A stretch of DNA of 64,000 nucleotides from assembly GCA_965217865.1 (NCBI GenBank), contig CBDCJO010000002.1:2464001-2528000 (forward strand), written 5' to 3'. A program made the position numbers and the translations under genes. The notes under the pieces are model-generated. The model had not been told where the DNA came from. It saw only the letters and a program-made list of their open reading frames with translations, and did not search any database. The stretch is from Candidatus Latescibacterota bacterium. Its GTDB lineage: Bacteria > Latescibacterota > UBA2968 > SICM01. Within the stretch, counting starts at the first letter, position 1, and every line of letters begins with the position of its first letter. Positions 43,004 to 55,826 of the stretch are shown here, piece after piece.

Positions 43004-43089
43004 GTAGCGGACTTTTGAAACGGATTCATTGGCTACACGGAATTTAAGAGTTGACAGGATACGCCAAATTCATATATTTTCGAGTTCTC

Positions 43090-43312
43090 GGCAAGAGGTG
43101 TGTAAAAAGGTCAGGCGGCCAGCTTCTTCCCGGAGTCGATAGTGGTCTTGTTGTGTCGCGGTGGTGCTGTGCGTAGACAGCCGTTAGCAGATGGGGTGCA
43201 TTGAGTCGTCGGAAGCGTTTTTCAGCGACCATCAGTGTGCGCCAGATCAGGGCGCTTGCGGCGGCGACCTTTTTGTATCGCTTGGCCGCGTTGGTTCTGA
43301 GGCGGACGGCAT
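43090..43312 (-). mobile_element. IS256 3' remnant (different element)
   Basis: VRLRTNAAKRYKKV...VAEKRFRRLNAPHLL. Confidence 0.75.
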
Positions 43313-43366
43313 TGACCGAACCTGAAGAGGATTGACAAAAGAACTCAAACTGCCCGGAGGCTGCAG

Positions 43367-44323
43367 ATGAAGATGGTATGTCTGTTTATCATTTTAGTTC
43401 TTTTTCCTTTTGGTCCCGCAATAGAGGCAACGGATCTAAAAGATCTAATAAAGATATATGGAAGCATCCGTCCAGAAATTATCAGCCGTTCTCCAGAGAG
43501 CGGTGACGGTACTAGACGTATGGACGACGGATATTCACGGATGGGCATCAAGGGGAAGGCCACTTTATCCGAAAGCCTGTGGGGGTTTTATAAATACGAG
43601 CGCCGTGTCTCCTCGAATGACGGGGAAGACGATGGCGCCGTTCGTGGGGACAACAATGAACTGAGGCAGGTTCACGCAGGGATCGGCGGGAATTTCGGAA
43701 CCCTATCGATCGGTCGGCACTACGGATCCTATTATGACATCATTGACGATGAAATAGATCGCCATCGCAGCCATTACAGTGACGCGATTGTTTTCGGAGA
43801 TCTATTCGTGTCCAATTCGGTTTACTATCGTTCGCCGGAACTTGGGCCTGTGGAATTCGGTGTTCTGGTCGAACTCAACGACTCAGACAGCCAGGGAAAG
43901 TCGATCGATGAGCGCCTGGAACTAACCGGTACATGGCGCCACCAGGGTTTCGCCATTCACGCCGGATACGTGAACTCGCCATTCCACGAGGGTTTGTTCG
44001 GCATCGCATCCTCTTATCGATTTCGATCGCTGAATCTGGCCGGGGTCTATCAGAGAATCGAGAACACGGATAACAGCGAGGACACACTCGTGGGCTTAGC
44101 CGGGGACCTGGATCTCACACCTCTGAACAGCGTAAGACTCGCCGTGACATTTAAACGAGACGGTGACAATTCCGACCTCGATGAGGTCTATGTTATCTTC
44201 GGAGGAGATCACAGGTTTTCCGAGCATTTTATGGCTTTCGTAGAATTATTCAGGAAATCAACAAAGGTTCCGCAGCCTGGCGATGAATTCGCATTGATCT
44301 CCGGGTTCCGGTTTGATTTCTAA
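43367..44323 (+). CDS. Gram-negative porin
   Basis: Signal peptide, KIYGSIR, SRMGIKG, LRQVHAGIGG.FGTLSIGR, C-terminal RFDF. Confidence 0.88.
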   Translation: MKMVCLFIILVLFPFGPAIEATDLKDLIKIYGSIRPEIISRSPESGDGTRRMDDGYSRMGIKGKATLSESLWGFYKYERRVSSNDGEDDGAVRGDNNELRQVHAGIGGNFGTLSIGRHYGSYYDIIDDEIDRHRSHYSDAIVFGDLFVSNSVYYRSPELGPVEFGVLVELNDSDSQGKSIDERLELTGTWRHQGFAIHAGYVNSPFHEGLFGIASSYRFRSLNLAGVYQRIENTDNSEDTLVGLAGDLDLTPLNSVRLAVTFKRDGDNSDLDEVYVIFGGDHRFSEHFMAFVELFRKSTKVPQPGDEFALISGFRFDF

Positions 44324-44529
44324 CCTCAATCCGGCATTCCTGGGCTGCATTAAGGCACTTTATGACTCGTGTTTTAGAGGGCTCCGTGGCCCTATGATCG
44401 CGGAACCCTTCGCGATATGAAGTGGATTGTAGGATTGATCGACGCAAGAGCATCAAAGCCGAACCGTCCAAAAACTTACGCTCCCCGCAATTCAAACTGA
44501 GACACTACCAAAAGGAAGGAGTCGGTCTC

Positions 44530-45789
44530 ATGCGAAAACGCATCGTTTTTTCCGTCGCGGCGCTGATCGCCGTTCTTGCGACGCCGGGAAGTCCAACCAC
44601 ACCGCCACCGCCGGAATTCGAGCCCGGGCCGCTGGGTGCGGTCACTTTGGAGGCAGGCGAGGCCGTGCGGATCCGCATGCTGCTTTCGGTCACGGGCTGG
44701 CCGGCGGTGGGGGCCGTGTCCCGGCACGGGGCCGAGTTCGCCGTCGAGGACATGGGTCCCGTTCACGGGCGCCAAGTCGACCTGGGCGATCCGATTGACA
44801 CCAGTTGTTCGCCGGAAGGCGGCCGCGGAGGTGCGCTTGGAATCATCGGGGACTCGCAGGTGGCCGGCGTCATCGGAACAAACTGCTCGGCCGCGGCCGT
44901 GGCGGCGTCGCCCGTCATCAGCGACGCGGGCTTGGTCATGATTTCGCCGAGCAACACCTCGCCGCGGCTCACCTCCGACCTGGCCGGCAACGCGAACCCC
45001 GACTATCACGCCGGTTACTTTCGCGTGGCGTCCAACGATCTCCACCAGGCACGCGCCCTCTCGGACTTCATCTACAACCAGCTGGAGCTGCAGAGCGTGG
45101 CCACCGTTCACGACGGCGACCCCTACACGTCCGCCCTCGTGGCGGCGTTCGCCGACGCGTTTTCGGCCCTCGGGGGCAAAGTGCCGGCCCAGGCAGAAAT
45201 CGAGAAGGGTGACACCGACATGACGGAGGTTCTGGAGCAGTTCGCGGTCGCCGGCCCGGACGCCATCTTCTTCCCGCTGTTCATCACGGAGGGATCGGCC
45301 TTTGCCGCGCAGGCCCGGGCCTTCGACGGGCTTGAAGGGACGACCCTGATTTCAGCGGACGCGCTGCTGGTCTCCGCGTTCCTGGAAACGCCACAGTCGG
45401 AGGGGATGTATTTCTCGGGGCCGGAATCGGACTTTCACTCAAACGTCAACGAGGTGACAGGACGGAGCGGGGAGCAGGTTCTCGCCGCGTTCGAAGCCAG
45501 GCACGGCGGGTTCCCCGGGTCACCCTATTGGGCGCACGCCTACGATGCGACCACCATCCTCCTCTCTGCCATCAAGGCCGTTGCCGTGGAGGACGGTGAC
45601 AGGCTGCACATAGACCGGGCGGCACTGCGCGAGCAGGTGGGGGCAACCGCTATGAGCGGCCTGGTCGGGACGCTATCCTGCGACCGGTTCGGCGACTGCG
45701 GCACGGGACGGATGAACATCTACCACCACACGGTCAGGAGCGTCACCGACGTTTCCAAGCTGTCGGTGGTCTACGTATACAGGCCCTGA
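44530..45789 (+). CDS. Branched-chain amino acid ABC substrate-binding protein
   Basis: DTSCSPEGG, VIGTNCS, MISPSNTSPRLT, YWAHAYDA; RBS AAGGAG. Confidence 0.9.
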   Translation: MRKRIVFSVAALIAVLATPGSPTTPPPPEFEPGPLGAVTLEAGEAVRIRMLLSVTGWPAVGAVSRHGAEFAVEDMGPVHGRQVDLGDPIDTSCSPEGGRGGALGIIGDSQVAGVIGTNCSAAAVAASPVISDAGLVMISPSNTSPRLTSDLAGNANPDYHAGYFRVASNDLHQARALSDFIYNQLELQSVATVHDGDPYTSALVAAFADAFSALGGKVPAQAEIEKGDTDMTEVLEQFAVAGPDAIFFPLFITEGSAFAAQARAFDGLEGTTLISADALLVSAFLETPQSEGMYFSGPESDFHSNVNEVTGRSGEQVLAAFEARHGGFPGSPYWAHAYDATTILLSAIKAVAVEDGDRLHIDRAALREQVGATAMSGLVGTLSCDRFGDCGTGRMNIYHHTVRSVTDVSKLSVVYVYRP

Positions 45790-46564
45790 GCCGGTAGGCG
45801 GGCCAGTTTCCGGGGATCGTCCAGGCGATCCGACGGCCACCGGGGCTACGTGGCGGGTTCGAGCGGATGCCGGTGTCCGGTCACCCGGAACTTGAAGTTC
45901 TTGTCGGGGCAGACCTTGGGCAGCGAACTCAGCTTGAGCCGGTAGTTTTCGGGCGCCAGTTCAAGCTCCAGGTGTTCGGGAGTTTTGGGGGGGATTCCGC
46001 AACCCGAAACGTAAAGGGTGATCACAGGGGTGACGGAGGACGTTCTATGGAATACGTAACACACAGTATATCATAGATTTAAAGCTTATATGACGGCGGA
46101 CTGGGCCGCCTACCTCGCCGGCGAGACTCTGGAACCGGAGGCCGCGCCGAGCCGCCGAAGGACCTCCGTCGATCCTCGAGCGCTGGCCGATTCCGCAGCC
46201 GAGAACCATTAGCGGCTCGGACCATGATCCCGCTCTCGCCCACGCTGGCGCATCAGGTCCAGCGCCCGCATCCATTGGGATCGAAGCAGGACGGCGGCCT
46301 GTCCTTCGCCCCGTCAGCGGGGACTCGAGCGGGTGTCGGAGACGCCAAGGCCCGGTCCGGGGCAAAGGGCTCCTGTCCATGGGCTGGGTTAGGCCTTCGC
46401 CAACGGAAGCGTGTGGTACTCCGAGGAACCACCGAGAGCCCGTGGCGCCTCTTATCTCAACTCGCGGTTGGTTGAGGCGGCGAGTTGGCTGCACACCATA
46501 TCCTCCATCACCGAACGGGAATCCATTGGACCGTTGAAGACGTTCGCGGACAGGTTGGTCTGGG

Positions 46565-49500
46565 CTGGGACCGCAACAAGAAATCTGGATCTCGGATTTG
46601 GATCGATAGTATAAATCCCAGTTAAGAGCTAGAATCTGAAGCAAGAGAATGGTCTGCCGACGAGTTAGGGATGCAGGATCTAACGCATCTAGCAACGTAG
46701 GACGTGGAGTTGTGCAAGGATTTGAACCATGTGGCAAGTGAGTCCGAATCCTTGATTCCTCATCGGAACTGTCAGTTGCGCCAGGTAGTACCCTGGGGAA
46801 CTTAACTACTCCGAGCCACTCAAGTATCTTGCGGTGTTTGGCGTTCTCATGATCGCGCCGAGCCCATGCCACACCTTCGACCCCCTTATACAACTCAGCA
46901 ATACTCTTCTCTCCCCACGCCGGACCAAAGTATGCTTTTCCCGCCTCAACGGGTTGAGCCATCTGCCCACCCTCAATATCGGCGAGGATAGGACAGCGCT
47001 TGAGTCCTGGCGGCGGCCTCTCGAAGCACTCATGCCAATCCCGGGCAAGAAGTAGATCGACGAACTGCTCAAAATGGTCTCCACCGTCATCCCAATATCG
47101 ATTGATTGCACTGATCAACGCATGGAAAATGACCTTCTCTGAGAATTCTTGGATCCCGAAATTGGTGCATAGGGCCTTAGTGGAATTGTCTTGGTGGGGA
47201 TCAGCAAGTTTTCTACCAAACCAGTCGTCCACAAGACTAATTGGGAGCCACTCCGGCAGACACACTGGCACGGCATTGCCGTGCCAGGTGACAGCTTGGT
47301 CAGATTGTGCATTCATGGAGTGAAGTTGCCCATCCAGCGGAACGAGTGGCAGTACCTTCGACTGCCTCAAGCGCTCCTTGCGTTCCTCTTCCTGCCAATT
47401 TGTTTTGTCGGCTACCCAAGCGGCGACCCACTCCCAAGCAGTCCATATCCATACGGGGTCGCCCGTATTCGTTGGTGCAGCCTCGCTGATCGCCGTCAAG
47501 ACGTCACGGTCTGTAACAGCTTCGCAGCCGAGAGCCTTGAGAGCTTTTCGAGCCTCGCCATCCTTGTCCAGCGCCTCGTGCAGTAAGATGGAGCCTAGCA
47601 GCCTGTTGAAAAAGTGCGTTTATGCCAAGATGACTGTTGTCTTTCCTTGTGGTTTGGTCCTATGATATATCAGGTTCAAACTGAGAAGGGAGGACGAGCA
47701 AATGGCAATGGGAAAACGAGGCCGACAGAGACAGGAAAACCTGTTCATCGCATCGAACACTTTGGTGAAATCTCCGGGTCATCCGTTCTACGAGAAGCTG
47801 AATCAGGTATTGGGGGCGAACGGCTTCGACGAGTTCGTCGAGGGGCTTTGCCAGCGGTATTACGCTCCTCATATGGGTCGCAAGGGCATTCCGCCCGGGG
47901 TTTATTTTCGGATGCTTTTGATTGGGTATTTCGAGGGACTTGATTCGGAACGTGGGATCGAATGGCGTGTATCTGACTCGCTGACGTTGCGCCGGTTTTT
48001 GGGGTATGCCCTTGACGAACAGACCCCGGATCATTCCAGCCTGTCTCGCATCCGGCATCGGCTTCCCTTGGAAGTTCACGAAGCGGTTTTCAAGTGGATC
48101 CTGAGGGTCTTGTGCAAAGCGGGTCTGGTGAAGGGGAAGACGTTGGGCGTGGATGCTACGACACTGGAGGCCAACGCCGCGATGCGCAGCATTGTACGCC
48201 GTGACACGGGTGAAGGCTACCAGGCATTCCTTGAGAATCTGGCCAAGGCCTCGGGCATTGAAACGCCTACCCGCGAGGACTTGTCCAAGATCGATAAGAA
48301 GCGACCGAAGAAGGGATCGAACCAGGACTGGGAGCACCCGCACGACCCGGATGCCAAGATCGCTAAGATGAAGGACGGTCGCACGCACATGGCGCACAAG
48401 GTGGAGCACGCGGTGGATCTGGACACCAATGCCATTGTGGCAGTGGCGTTGTCGGGAGCAGATGAAGGAGATACCGAGTCGTTGCCCTGGACGCTCGAGG
48501 CGCAGCTCAATCTCAAGCAGGTCGCGAAGGACGAAAAAGCTGCCAAACGTTTGCACAGACAGCGTATACGGGAGGTGGTTGCGGACAAAGGATATCATAG
48601 CAACGATGTATTGACCAGTCTGAAGCAAGGCGGCATCCGGAGTTACATTTCAGAACCGGATCGGGGACGCCGCAAGTGGAACGGCCGACGAGATGAGCAG
48701 GCCGCGGTATATGCGAATCGACGCCGGATCAAGGGAGATCGCGGCAAGGCCTTGCGCCGAAGTCGTGCAGAACGGGTGGAAAGAACCATCGCTCACACAT
48801 ATGATACCGGTGGCATGCGCAGGTTGCACTTGAGAGACCGCGGCAATATCCTCAAGCGTTTGCTGATCCACATCGGGGGCTGCAACCTGGCTCTGCTCAT
48901 GCGCAAAGTGATGGGCGTAGGTACTCCGAAGGCCCTCCAGGACCTGGCCAAGGCCTTGCAGCGTCTACTGCTCGTCCTACAATCACGTTTGCTGCCCTCG
49001 GTCACCTTTTTAACCTCTTATCAGCGTCTCCTGCTCAATCTCCTTACCTTGATTTATCTGACCCGCACTCCAGGCGTCTTTTCCGTTTATGTGCGTTGAA
49101 AGGTAGTTCTTCAACGGGCTGCTAGGGGAGTGTTCCTCAGAACTTCGCGCGCTTTGTTTGGCGCAACTGAGACACTAAGCAGACGAGCGTCATTACAACG
49201 GAGCTCCAATTCGCCTCCAGCATCGGGTAAGCGAAGATGTCTCTTCCCGTAATTAGCGATTCTACCCCATAGAGTATCTGCTACATGATGGTTTCCAAGG
49301 TCTTTGAGTGGTAAAAGGAGTCGAAGGTGCCTCGCTGGATCGGTCCGGTCGAAATGGCTCTGTACGAACTCGACAAAGAGCGTTGCAATTTTCTCGGCTA
49401 CCCAATCGTTAAGACTTCCAGCTTGAATAGGCATGAGACTCGTGCGATCGCTTTTAACCAGAAACTCAGCATGGAGTAATACTCGTACGGGAGAAAGGTC

Positions 49501-50095
49501 TCTTTCTGCAGGATAGAAAACATGAACGGGCAGGTATTGGTCCACAGTGCGAATTCTGCCCGTTCTGTCTTGTGGCGACGCAACGAGGAAACTTATACCA
49601 TCATGGGCTACACGATCGCGTTCGTCATCGTCGAGGTCGGTAAGAATATCAACCGGAGGAACTTCTGATCTTTTTTGCACGCGCCAAAAAACTGGCTTTT
49701 CCGTCCGAGTATCGGTTACCGACCATAACCCATCGCGATGTTCGGTTACGTGTAGCGAGAAGCCCTGTCCCTCTTGACGCCGGACTTTGAGCTTCCGCAG
49801 GTGCACGAATGGAAGTAGACCATGTGAAGGAAATGCGTTCAGCGATTCCGGATCGCCAGCACTCGGAAGCTGCACAACCGTAGAAAATCTCCGCAATTCT
49901 TTAAGAACTGGGTCACGTTCTTCCTCGTCGTTTCGTGAAACGAAGAATGGCAACCATTGGTGAGGAACACCTTTGTCGAGAGGCAGCCTGTTCTCGTCTA
50001 GCCAGTGCCTGGCCTTCTTCCCGCAGAATTCGATTCCTTCACCGTTCACCGTGAAAATGAGGGGATTTGGGGACTCAGACCCGGATGGGGCAGGA
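46565..50095 (-). pseudogene. Internal fragment of a large sacsin/NOV-like (GHKL-associated) protein, interrupted by IS copy 4
   Basis: VFYPAE...VLLHAEFLVKSDRTSL...LNDWV; reading frame continues on both sides of the CTAG TSD; both ends fused to unrelated DNA. Confidence 0.6.
47599..49121 (+). mobile_element. IS1182/IS5-type element, copy 4 (transposase 47702-49099)
   Basis: Same TIRs; CTAG at 47595-47598 and 49122-49125; 3-nt deletion relative to copies 2 and 3. Confidence 0.95.
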
Positions 50096-50102
50096 TACTC
50101 TC

Positions 50103-50829
50103 CGGCTGTCGCCCCCAATTTGCCGTCTGTCCGTGTGGAACTATGGCGTGAGACAGTGGCGACCGCCTCCGACCTTTCAAGTCCTTCTCCGGGAAACAGA
50201 TCGCCAGGTTTTGAGGGCGCAGGGTGGCTCATGGCGATTGAGGGATGACAACTTGTGGAATTTGATTCCGTTGGGAGATTTCTGGCGTGGGTCAGTGGCG
50301 AGACAGTGGCTCGAGACACCTCGAGGCAGCGTTGAGGGCACAGATCCGGCCCGTGTGCGACTTTTTTTCTGAATCCGGGAACACAAAGGGGGGACGCGAC
50401 CTCCACAAAACGGGCGGCACGGCACAGACGGCACGTGGGCGAAGTGAGAAGGTCCCGGTCCCGTGGATTTGCGGCCCGGGACCTCACTCGTGATCGGGGT
50501 CGAACATCTCGAGAGCCCGAGCTTCGGCTTCCTCGCGAGTCATTCCACCCTCATGCTCCATGATCCCCGCGCGTTCATCGAACGCCTTGATGTCATCCTC
50601 CGTAGATGTCGCCGCAGTGTTGGGGGGATCAAAGCGTGACACCGTGACATTCTTTTGTTTACAAGGACTTACATGATGTTCAAAGCGTGACATCGTACCA
50701 TCCATGTTACGCTTTGAAGGGGGAGATATGTGCGCGTTCGGCTTGGAAACATCGTCCGAGTTCCTCCAGGTAGCTATCCCAATGCAGAGAAGAACGCTTC
50801 CCACAGGTAGCCCTTTCCCCTTGCCGGCC
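50103..50829 (-). repeat. Repeat B, copy 2
   Basis: Matches 39444-40152. Confidence 0.9.
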
Positions 50830-51190
50830 CATCCCTTAAAGTCTCCGTTTGGATCCCGTATTTCTTCAAGAGCTTTCCCCGAACATGGGATGAGATCGGA
50901 TTCCCGTTCTTCCAGTTGCCCCAGGGTCTTTCTTCAAGCTTGTGCAGGTATTCGTCCAGATCCTTTGAAAGAATGCGATCCGGTGAGATCTTTCGCCGTT
51001 TCCAGTTCGTTCTTGTACAGGGTCCGCAGATCGGCCAGCAGCAATTGATTCCCTATATTATCATCCTCGGGCTTGCTCCGCATCTTCATTGAGCGGACCG
51101 CCTGGCGCGCCCGCTGGGGCCAGTCGCCGCCCAAAAGGTCGGCCACCTTCACCAGTTCACGACAGTTGTCTTCCTCCCGGTCGTTGAGAG
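50484..51190 (-). pseudogene. DUF3631-like replication-associated protein fragment
   Basis: LNDREEDN...VADLLGGDWPQRARQA...IGNQLLLADLR...EERPWGNW...GKGY; several frameshifts. Confidence 0.7.
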
Positions 51191-51545
51191 ATCCACCCGG
51201 GTCAGGTGGCGACAGGCCAGATGGTTGGCCAGGTCGGTTGCAGACAGTCGGGGATGGTTGTTGAGGACTTTCAAGGTGCCACTGAAATAGAACGTGAAAT
51301 AATAGCTGGTGATGGATGGCGAGTTGAAAGATTAGTTCAAGTCATTGAATCTTTCAATATCTGTTCTCAGTAGATAGCGGGGTGTCTTGCGCCGAGGAGT
51401 TCCATTCAGTAAGTGATGAGGCACTAAAGTGTACTTGGCTAGAAAAATTGTAGCAATACTTAGGGCAAGGAAGAACCCTCACTCAACTCGGAGAGAGGCT
51501 GTGCTCCACAAGTAAATCCTCGGGTAATCCCTTACGCAAAGAATC

Positions 51546-53110
51546 TGTATCTATTCTGAGATAACAAGAGAAAAGCAGATAAAGGTCCAAGCAAGATTCA
51601 GGCAGCCTTGTGGATGGTCTGGGATGTTCTTTGCCGATTGATTTCTATGCGGCGCTGCCGAGCCTCCTCCTTTCGACCTTGTCGGTGGTGAAGAATCTTT
51701 TGATGCTGGCCTTTATGCCTCTGAAGAGGCGTGACATACTGTATTGCCCCGTGATAGCGTTCGGCGTTGTAGCTGTGAATGAAGGAATCAATCAGGCCTT
51801 CCAGTTGATGGAATGTGAAGATGTCCTGGAAGCGCAGCCAGTCGTATTTGAATGTCCGGAAAAAGGCTTCGATCCAGGCGTTGTCCGTGGGTGTTTGATA
51901 TCGGGCAAACAGCTGCGAGATGCCCAGGTCCTTGAAGAATTGGGCCATCGATTTGGCCTTCATCTGAGATCCGTGATCTGAGAGGGCTGTCAAGCTTATG
52001 GGCCCAGTGTCCAGGTCCAGCAGTCCTTCGTTGGCAAGGGCTTGATCCCAGGCCTGTTTGACCTGCTCCACGGTCGCGTTGAAGGAGAGCTTCCATCCTA
52101 CGATCTTCCTGGAATACACGTCGAGAATGGCGGTAAAATACAGGAACAAACCGAAAAATGGGATGTAGGTCAGGTCCCAGCTCCAGACCTGATTAGGACC
52201 TTCAGGTTTGACCTGGGGCTTGCTCTGCTTGACCGGCGTCCTCACCTGTTTCCTGCGTGCCAGACGTTCTTTCCTGGCCTGTCGGTAGAAGCTGGAGGCC
52301 GAGGCCTGCACTACCCCCTTCTCTGAGGCTACCACCGCCAGCTGATGGGGAGGCAGATCGGCATAGGTCTCATCCCTTAAGAGGGCCGAGATTTGCTCTT
52401 TCTCCTCCCTCAGCAATCCGTGTGGGGCCTCATCAGGGGCGGGCCCGGGCTTCCCATCCAAAAGCGGGTCCGACACCCCATCCAGCTTCTCTTCTCGATC
52501 TCGCCGGCTCCAGGCACAATACCGCTGGAGGGGAAGCTGTAGGATCTCGCAAGAACGGGTGAGTTTCACCCCTTTCTCCTTGGCCCGATGGACCATTAAG
52601 AGGATCTCGCGTTTGACCTCAGCTTGCACCCGGTGGCCCTTGATCGGGCCTGTCAGATCCCATTCACACTTTTTTTTAGCAGGGAAAGTTCCACAGATTG
52701 CTCAATGATCGTTTGCTCCAGGCGTGCCCGCTCTTTGCGCAGCTGCTCCACCTCCTCAGCCGATACCATCGGCTTGCGGCTCCGGCGACCCTTGAACTCC
52801 TTGAGGGCCCCGGACTTGACCGACTCACGAATACGCTTTAGATCCGAGGAATGAATGCCCCATTTCCGCAGCACCTGTGCAATGGGAACATCTCCCCGGC
52901 TGGCTTCAAGGAAAATCTCATACTTCTGTTCCGGGGACAAGCTCCTGCGCTTCTTGACCGGGTCACTGTTTGAGGACAGTTGCTCCATCTTTACTCCTCC
53001 TGTGAGGTCAGGGATATCCCAAAATATGTATCCCTTCTCAACCCTACAGGCAACCAGGATCTTGCTTCGACCTTGCCCCCGTTTTTTCGGGCGATCTCAG
53101 ACAAAAGATA
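51546..53110 (-). mobile_element. IS3-family element, copy 2 (orfA 52653-52988, orfB 51598-52629)
   Basis: Same proteins and ends as 20160-21724. Confidence 0.95.
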
Positions 53111-53254
53111 AGCAGGCAGGCATGATGAATAAGAGCCAGGCGACAAATACCGCCCTGTCCGCGGACCTGCTCGTGGCTGCCCTCACCGAGGCTGAGAGCA
53201 AGACGCTGGCAGCCGAGGACAAATGGTTCGCCATTATCCGAGCCGCCATCGAGG

Positions 53255-53675
53255 GCGCGCCCCGCTGCCGGCGGCTGCCGCTGGAATGCTCGCTGGGGAC
53301 CAGACCGCCAAAGGCCATCAGCTGGCGCGGCGAGTCAAAGCGGGTGAGGTCCCCCAGTTCAGCCAGGGTCGTGACGGCGGTGAGCGTGTCTACGCCGCGC
53401 AGGGCCATCAACCCGCGCGTCTCACCCTCCCGAGACCACCCCTCGAGCGTCTGCTGCAGCGCCTGGTCCAGCCCCTTGATCCGGGCCTGGGCTTCCTTTA
53501 CCGCGTCCAACTGCGTCTCAGGGGCGGCCAGCTTGCCCACCAGCTTGGACAACGCTTCACCCGTAGACGGTATCGTGCCATAAAGCTTCGGTCCTTCCTG
53601 ATCCCGACCGGCAAGCGCAACGGTGATCGAATCTTTGTGTATGTCCAACGCCACAACTTTCGTAGATTTACGCAT
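53255..53675 (-). mobile_element. IS110-family transposase remnant with internal deletion
   Basis: VALDIHKDSITVA ... LRGVDTLTA...ELGDLTRFDSPRQLMAFGGLVPSEHSSG. Confidence 0.85.
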
Positions 53676-53822
53676 GGCCTCCTCCTTCTCGCTGGGGATA
53701 GGTCTTTGGATGAACTTCCGTTTTCCCAAAGATAACCCCCGATCACCGAGATCGGAGGAGGTCTTTCATATACTCGTCAATACATAAAGTCTGGAATATC
53801 CAGCCAAATCTGGAGCAGACCT

Positions 53823-54902
53823 ATGACAACGCCCGTTACCGCCGCAATGCTCTATGACCTTGTGGCCTGTCCGCACCGCGTGACGATGGACCTCTTCGGC
53901 GATCCGGGCGAGCGGGACCACCCGAACTCTTTTGTTGAGTTGCTTTGGAAGCGCGGCGCCCTCTACGAACATGAGGTTATGGAAGGGCTGGACATACCCT
54001 TCCTCGATCTCTCTTCCTTCGCCGAAGACGAAAAAGAACGGCGGACGCTTGAAGCTATACGCCGTGGAGAACCGCTGATTTACAGCGGCCGCATTCAGGC
54101 TGACGGACTCCTCGGGAATCCGGATCTTCTGCGCAAGGAGAGCAATGGTTATTCCGCCGGCGACATCAAATCGGGTGCTGGAGAAGAAGGCCCGGAGGAT
54201 CTATCGAAGCCCAAGAAGCACTATGCCGTTCAACTCGCGCTGTACATGGACATCCTTGAGCGCAGGGGCTTGTCCGCTGGCCGCTGCGGCTTTATCTGGG
54301 ATATTAACGGCGACGAGGTGATCTACGAATTCACCGAACCGTACGGAAAGCGTAACGCACGCACACTCTGGCAGGACTACCAGGAATGCCTCGCCGAAGC
54401 GCAGGCAATCGTCGCTAGGAAGTCAGAAACTCTCGCGGCTTTCAGCGGAGTCTGCAAGCTCTGCCACTGGTACAATGCCTGCCTTGATCAACTCACCGCA
54501 GCGGACGACCTGACGCTGATCCCGGATCTTGGACGGTCCAAAAGGGACGCCATGATTGGCCATGTGGCGACTATCAGGGATTTTGCCGTAGCCGACCCGG
54601 CGCGGTTTATGGCGGGCTCGAAGACGATCTTTCCCGGCATAGGTCCTCCGACGCTTGAGAAGCTACACGCCCGCGCTAGGCTGATCGCCACAGGCGAGGA
54701 CGCCAAGCCGTATTTTCGGAAGCGAATACCGCTGCCGACTGCGGATCTGGAGTTGTTTTTCGATATCGAGGTCGATCCTCTCCGCGACATTTGCTACCTG
54801 CACGGTTTCGTCGAGCGGCGCGGCGGCGAAAATGAAACAGAGCGGGGGGAAAGGTTAACGAAGCCTATACGAATAGTCGATGAAGAACCTTGCAACCATT
54901 GA
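53823..54902 (+). pseudogene. TM0106-family RecB-like nuclease, truncated in the RNase H-like domain (~54845)
   Basis: CPHR, GNPDLL, DIK, QLALY, CKLCHW...C, DDLTLI, FFDIEVDP. Confidence 0.85.
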
Positions 54903-55221
54903 CGCAAATCTATAGAAAGGCGAGAGAGATGGGATCCTCCGATCGAGTCGCTCATATTCTCTCCACCGGAGACGGTAGCTTTGAGCGTCCTTATGTCGTA
55001 AATAGTGTCGCAGAGGAATATCTTGTCCTTAAGTACCACGGTAAGACTCCATTAATACAGGCACTTATGGAAAGTTCTCTGGACCGGATAACGTGCAAGG
55101 ACGGCACTACCTACTATTTCGATATTCAGAGCTTCTTTCCCTGGAATGAAGAAAAAGATGAGCCTCCGGGTCAACCCCCTGAATAATTCATGCCCCTCGT
55201 AGTCGATGAAGAACCTTGCAA
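54874..55221 (+). repeat. 22-bp perfect direct repeats flanking a DUF4919-like C-terminal ORF (54890-55186)
   Basis: TAGTCGATGAAGAACCTTGCAA at 54874-54895 and 55200-55221; ORF has ILSTGDG...PYVV.SV.EEY...YYFDI. Confidence 0.8.
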
Positions 55222-55509
55222 AGATAAGGCAGGTTCAGGCAATCAAGGACGGCGGGATCCCTTCGGCGGAAACATCTGGAGGTTCGAGGACGTCGCCGCC
55301 CCTGTTTGATTGGAAAGGAGGAAAGGATGGATAAGAAATGTGGGAAAAATATGGGGTCTGGGTAGTCCTTATGATACCCCCGCTATTAGTTTGGGTAGCG
55401 GCCTATCTGGTCACTAGAGACAAATATCCCTGGCAGGAAAAGGTCGTGCTCTACAAGTGTTGGGCACCAAGTGGTGTCACAAATTTGTATAAAGTTATAG
55501 GCTTATTTG

Positions 55510-55778
55510 TCTTCGTGGGGATCCCCGGCCGGCGGCGACACCAGCTCCCCCAGCTCTCCCGACATCGATGTCGCCTGCAGGTGGTCTTTTACCGCTCCAT
55601 TATTGACGCAAAATATCCGGAGGCCTCGAGGATCTGGTCCGTGCTCTACAAGATGGGAGAGACGTCTATCGTGGCCGATCCCTTCGGCGGACGTCCCAGC
55701 GAGCCCGGAACTCGTCTTGATAGGCTTGACTTCGGTCCCGGCGGCCTCGAGGGCGCCCACGCTCTTCGTGGGGATCCC
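55510..55778 (+). repeat. 16-bp perfect direct repeats flanking a GC-rich ~240-bp segment
   Basis: TCTTCGTGGGGATCCC at 55510-55525 and 55763-55778. Confidence 0.75.
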
Positions 55779-55826
55779 ACTTGACAAAGCGGGGGAAGTG
55801 GTCTAAAGTTTGGGTAAAGGGGAAAT

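Noticed and set aside
46045-46560. C-terminal part of the 484-aa ORF 46045-47499
   Set aside because: Composition changes abruptly after ISCCGP; read-through into unrelated fragments.
49111-50487. 458-aa ORF as a novel fusion protein
   Set aside because: The first ~130 aa are translated non-coding repeat B, fused by chance to the sacsin-like fragment.
53097-53760. Intact IS110 bridge-RNA system
   Set aside because: Transposase is internally deleted and truncated; no supportable non-coding RNA end.
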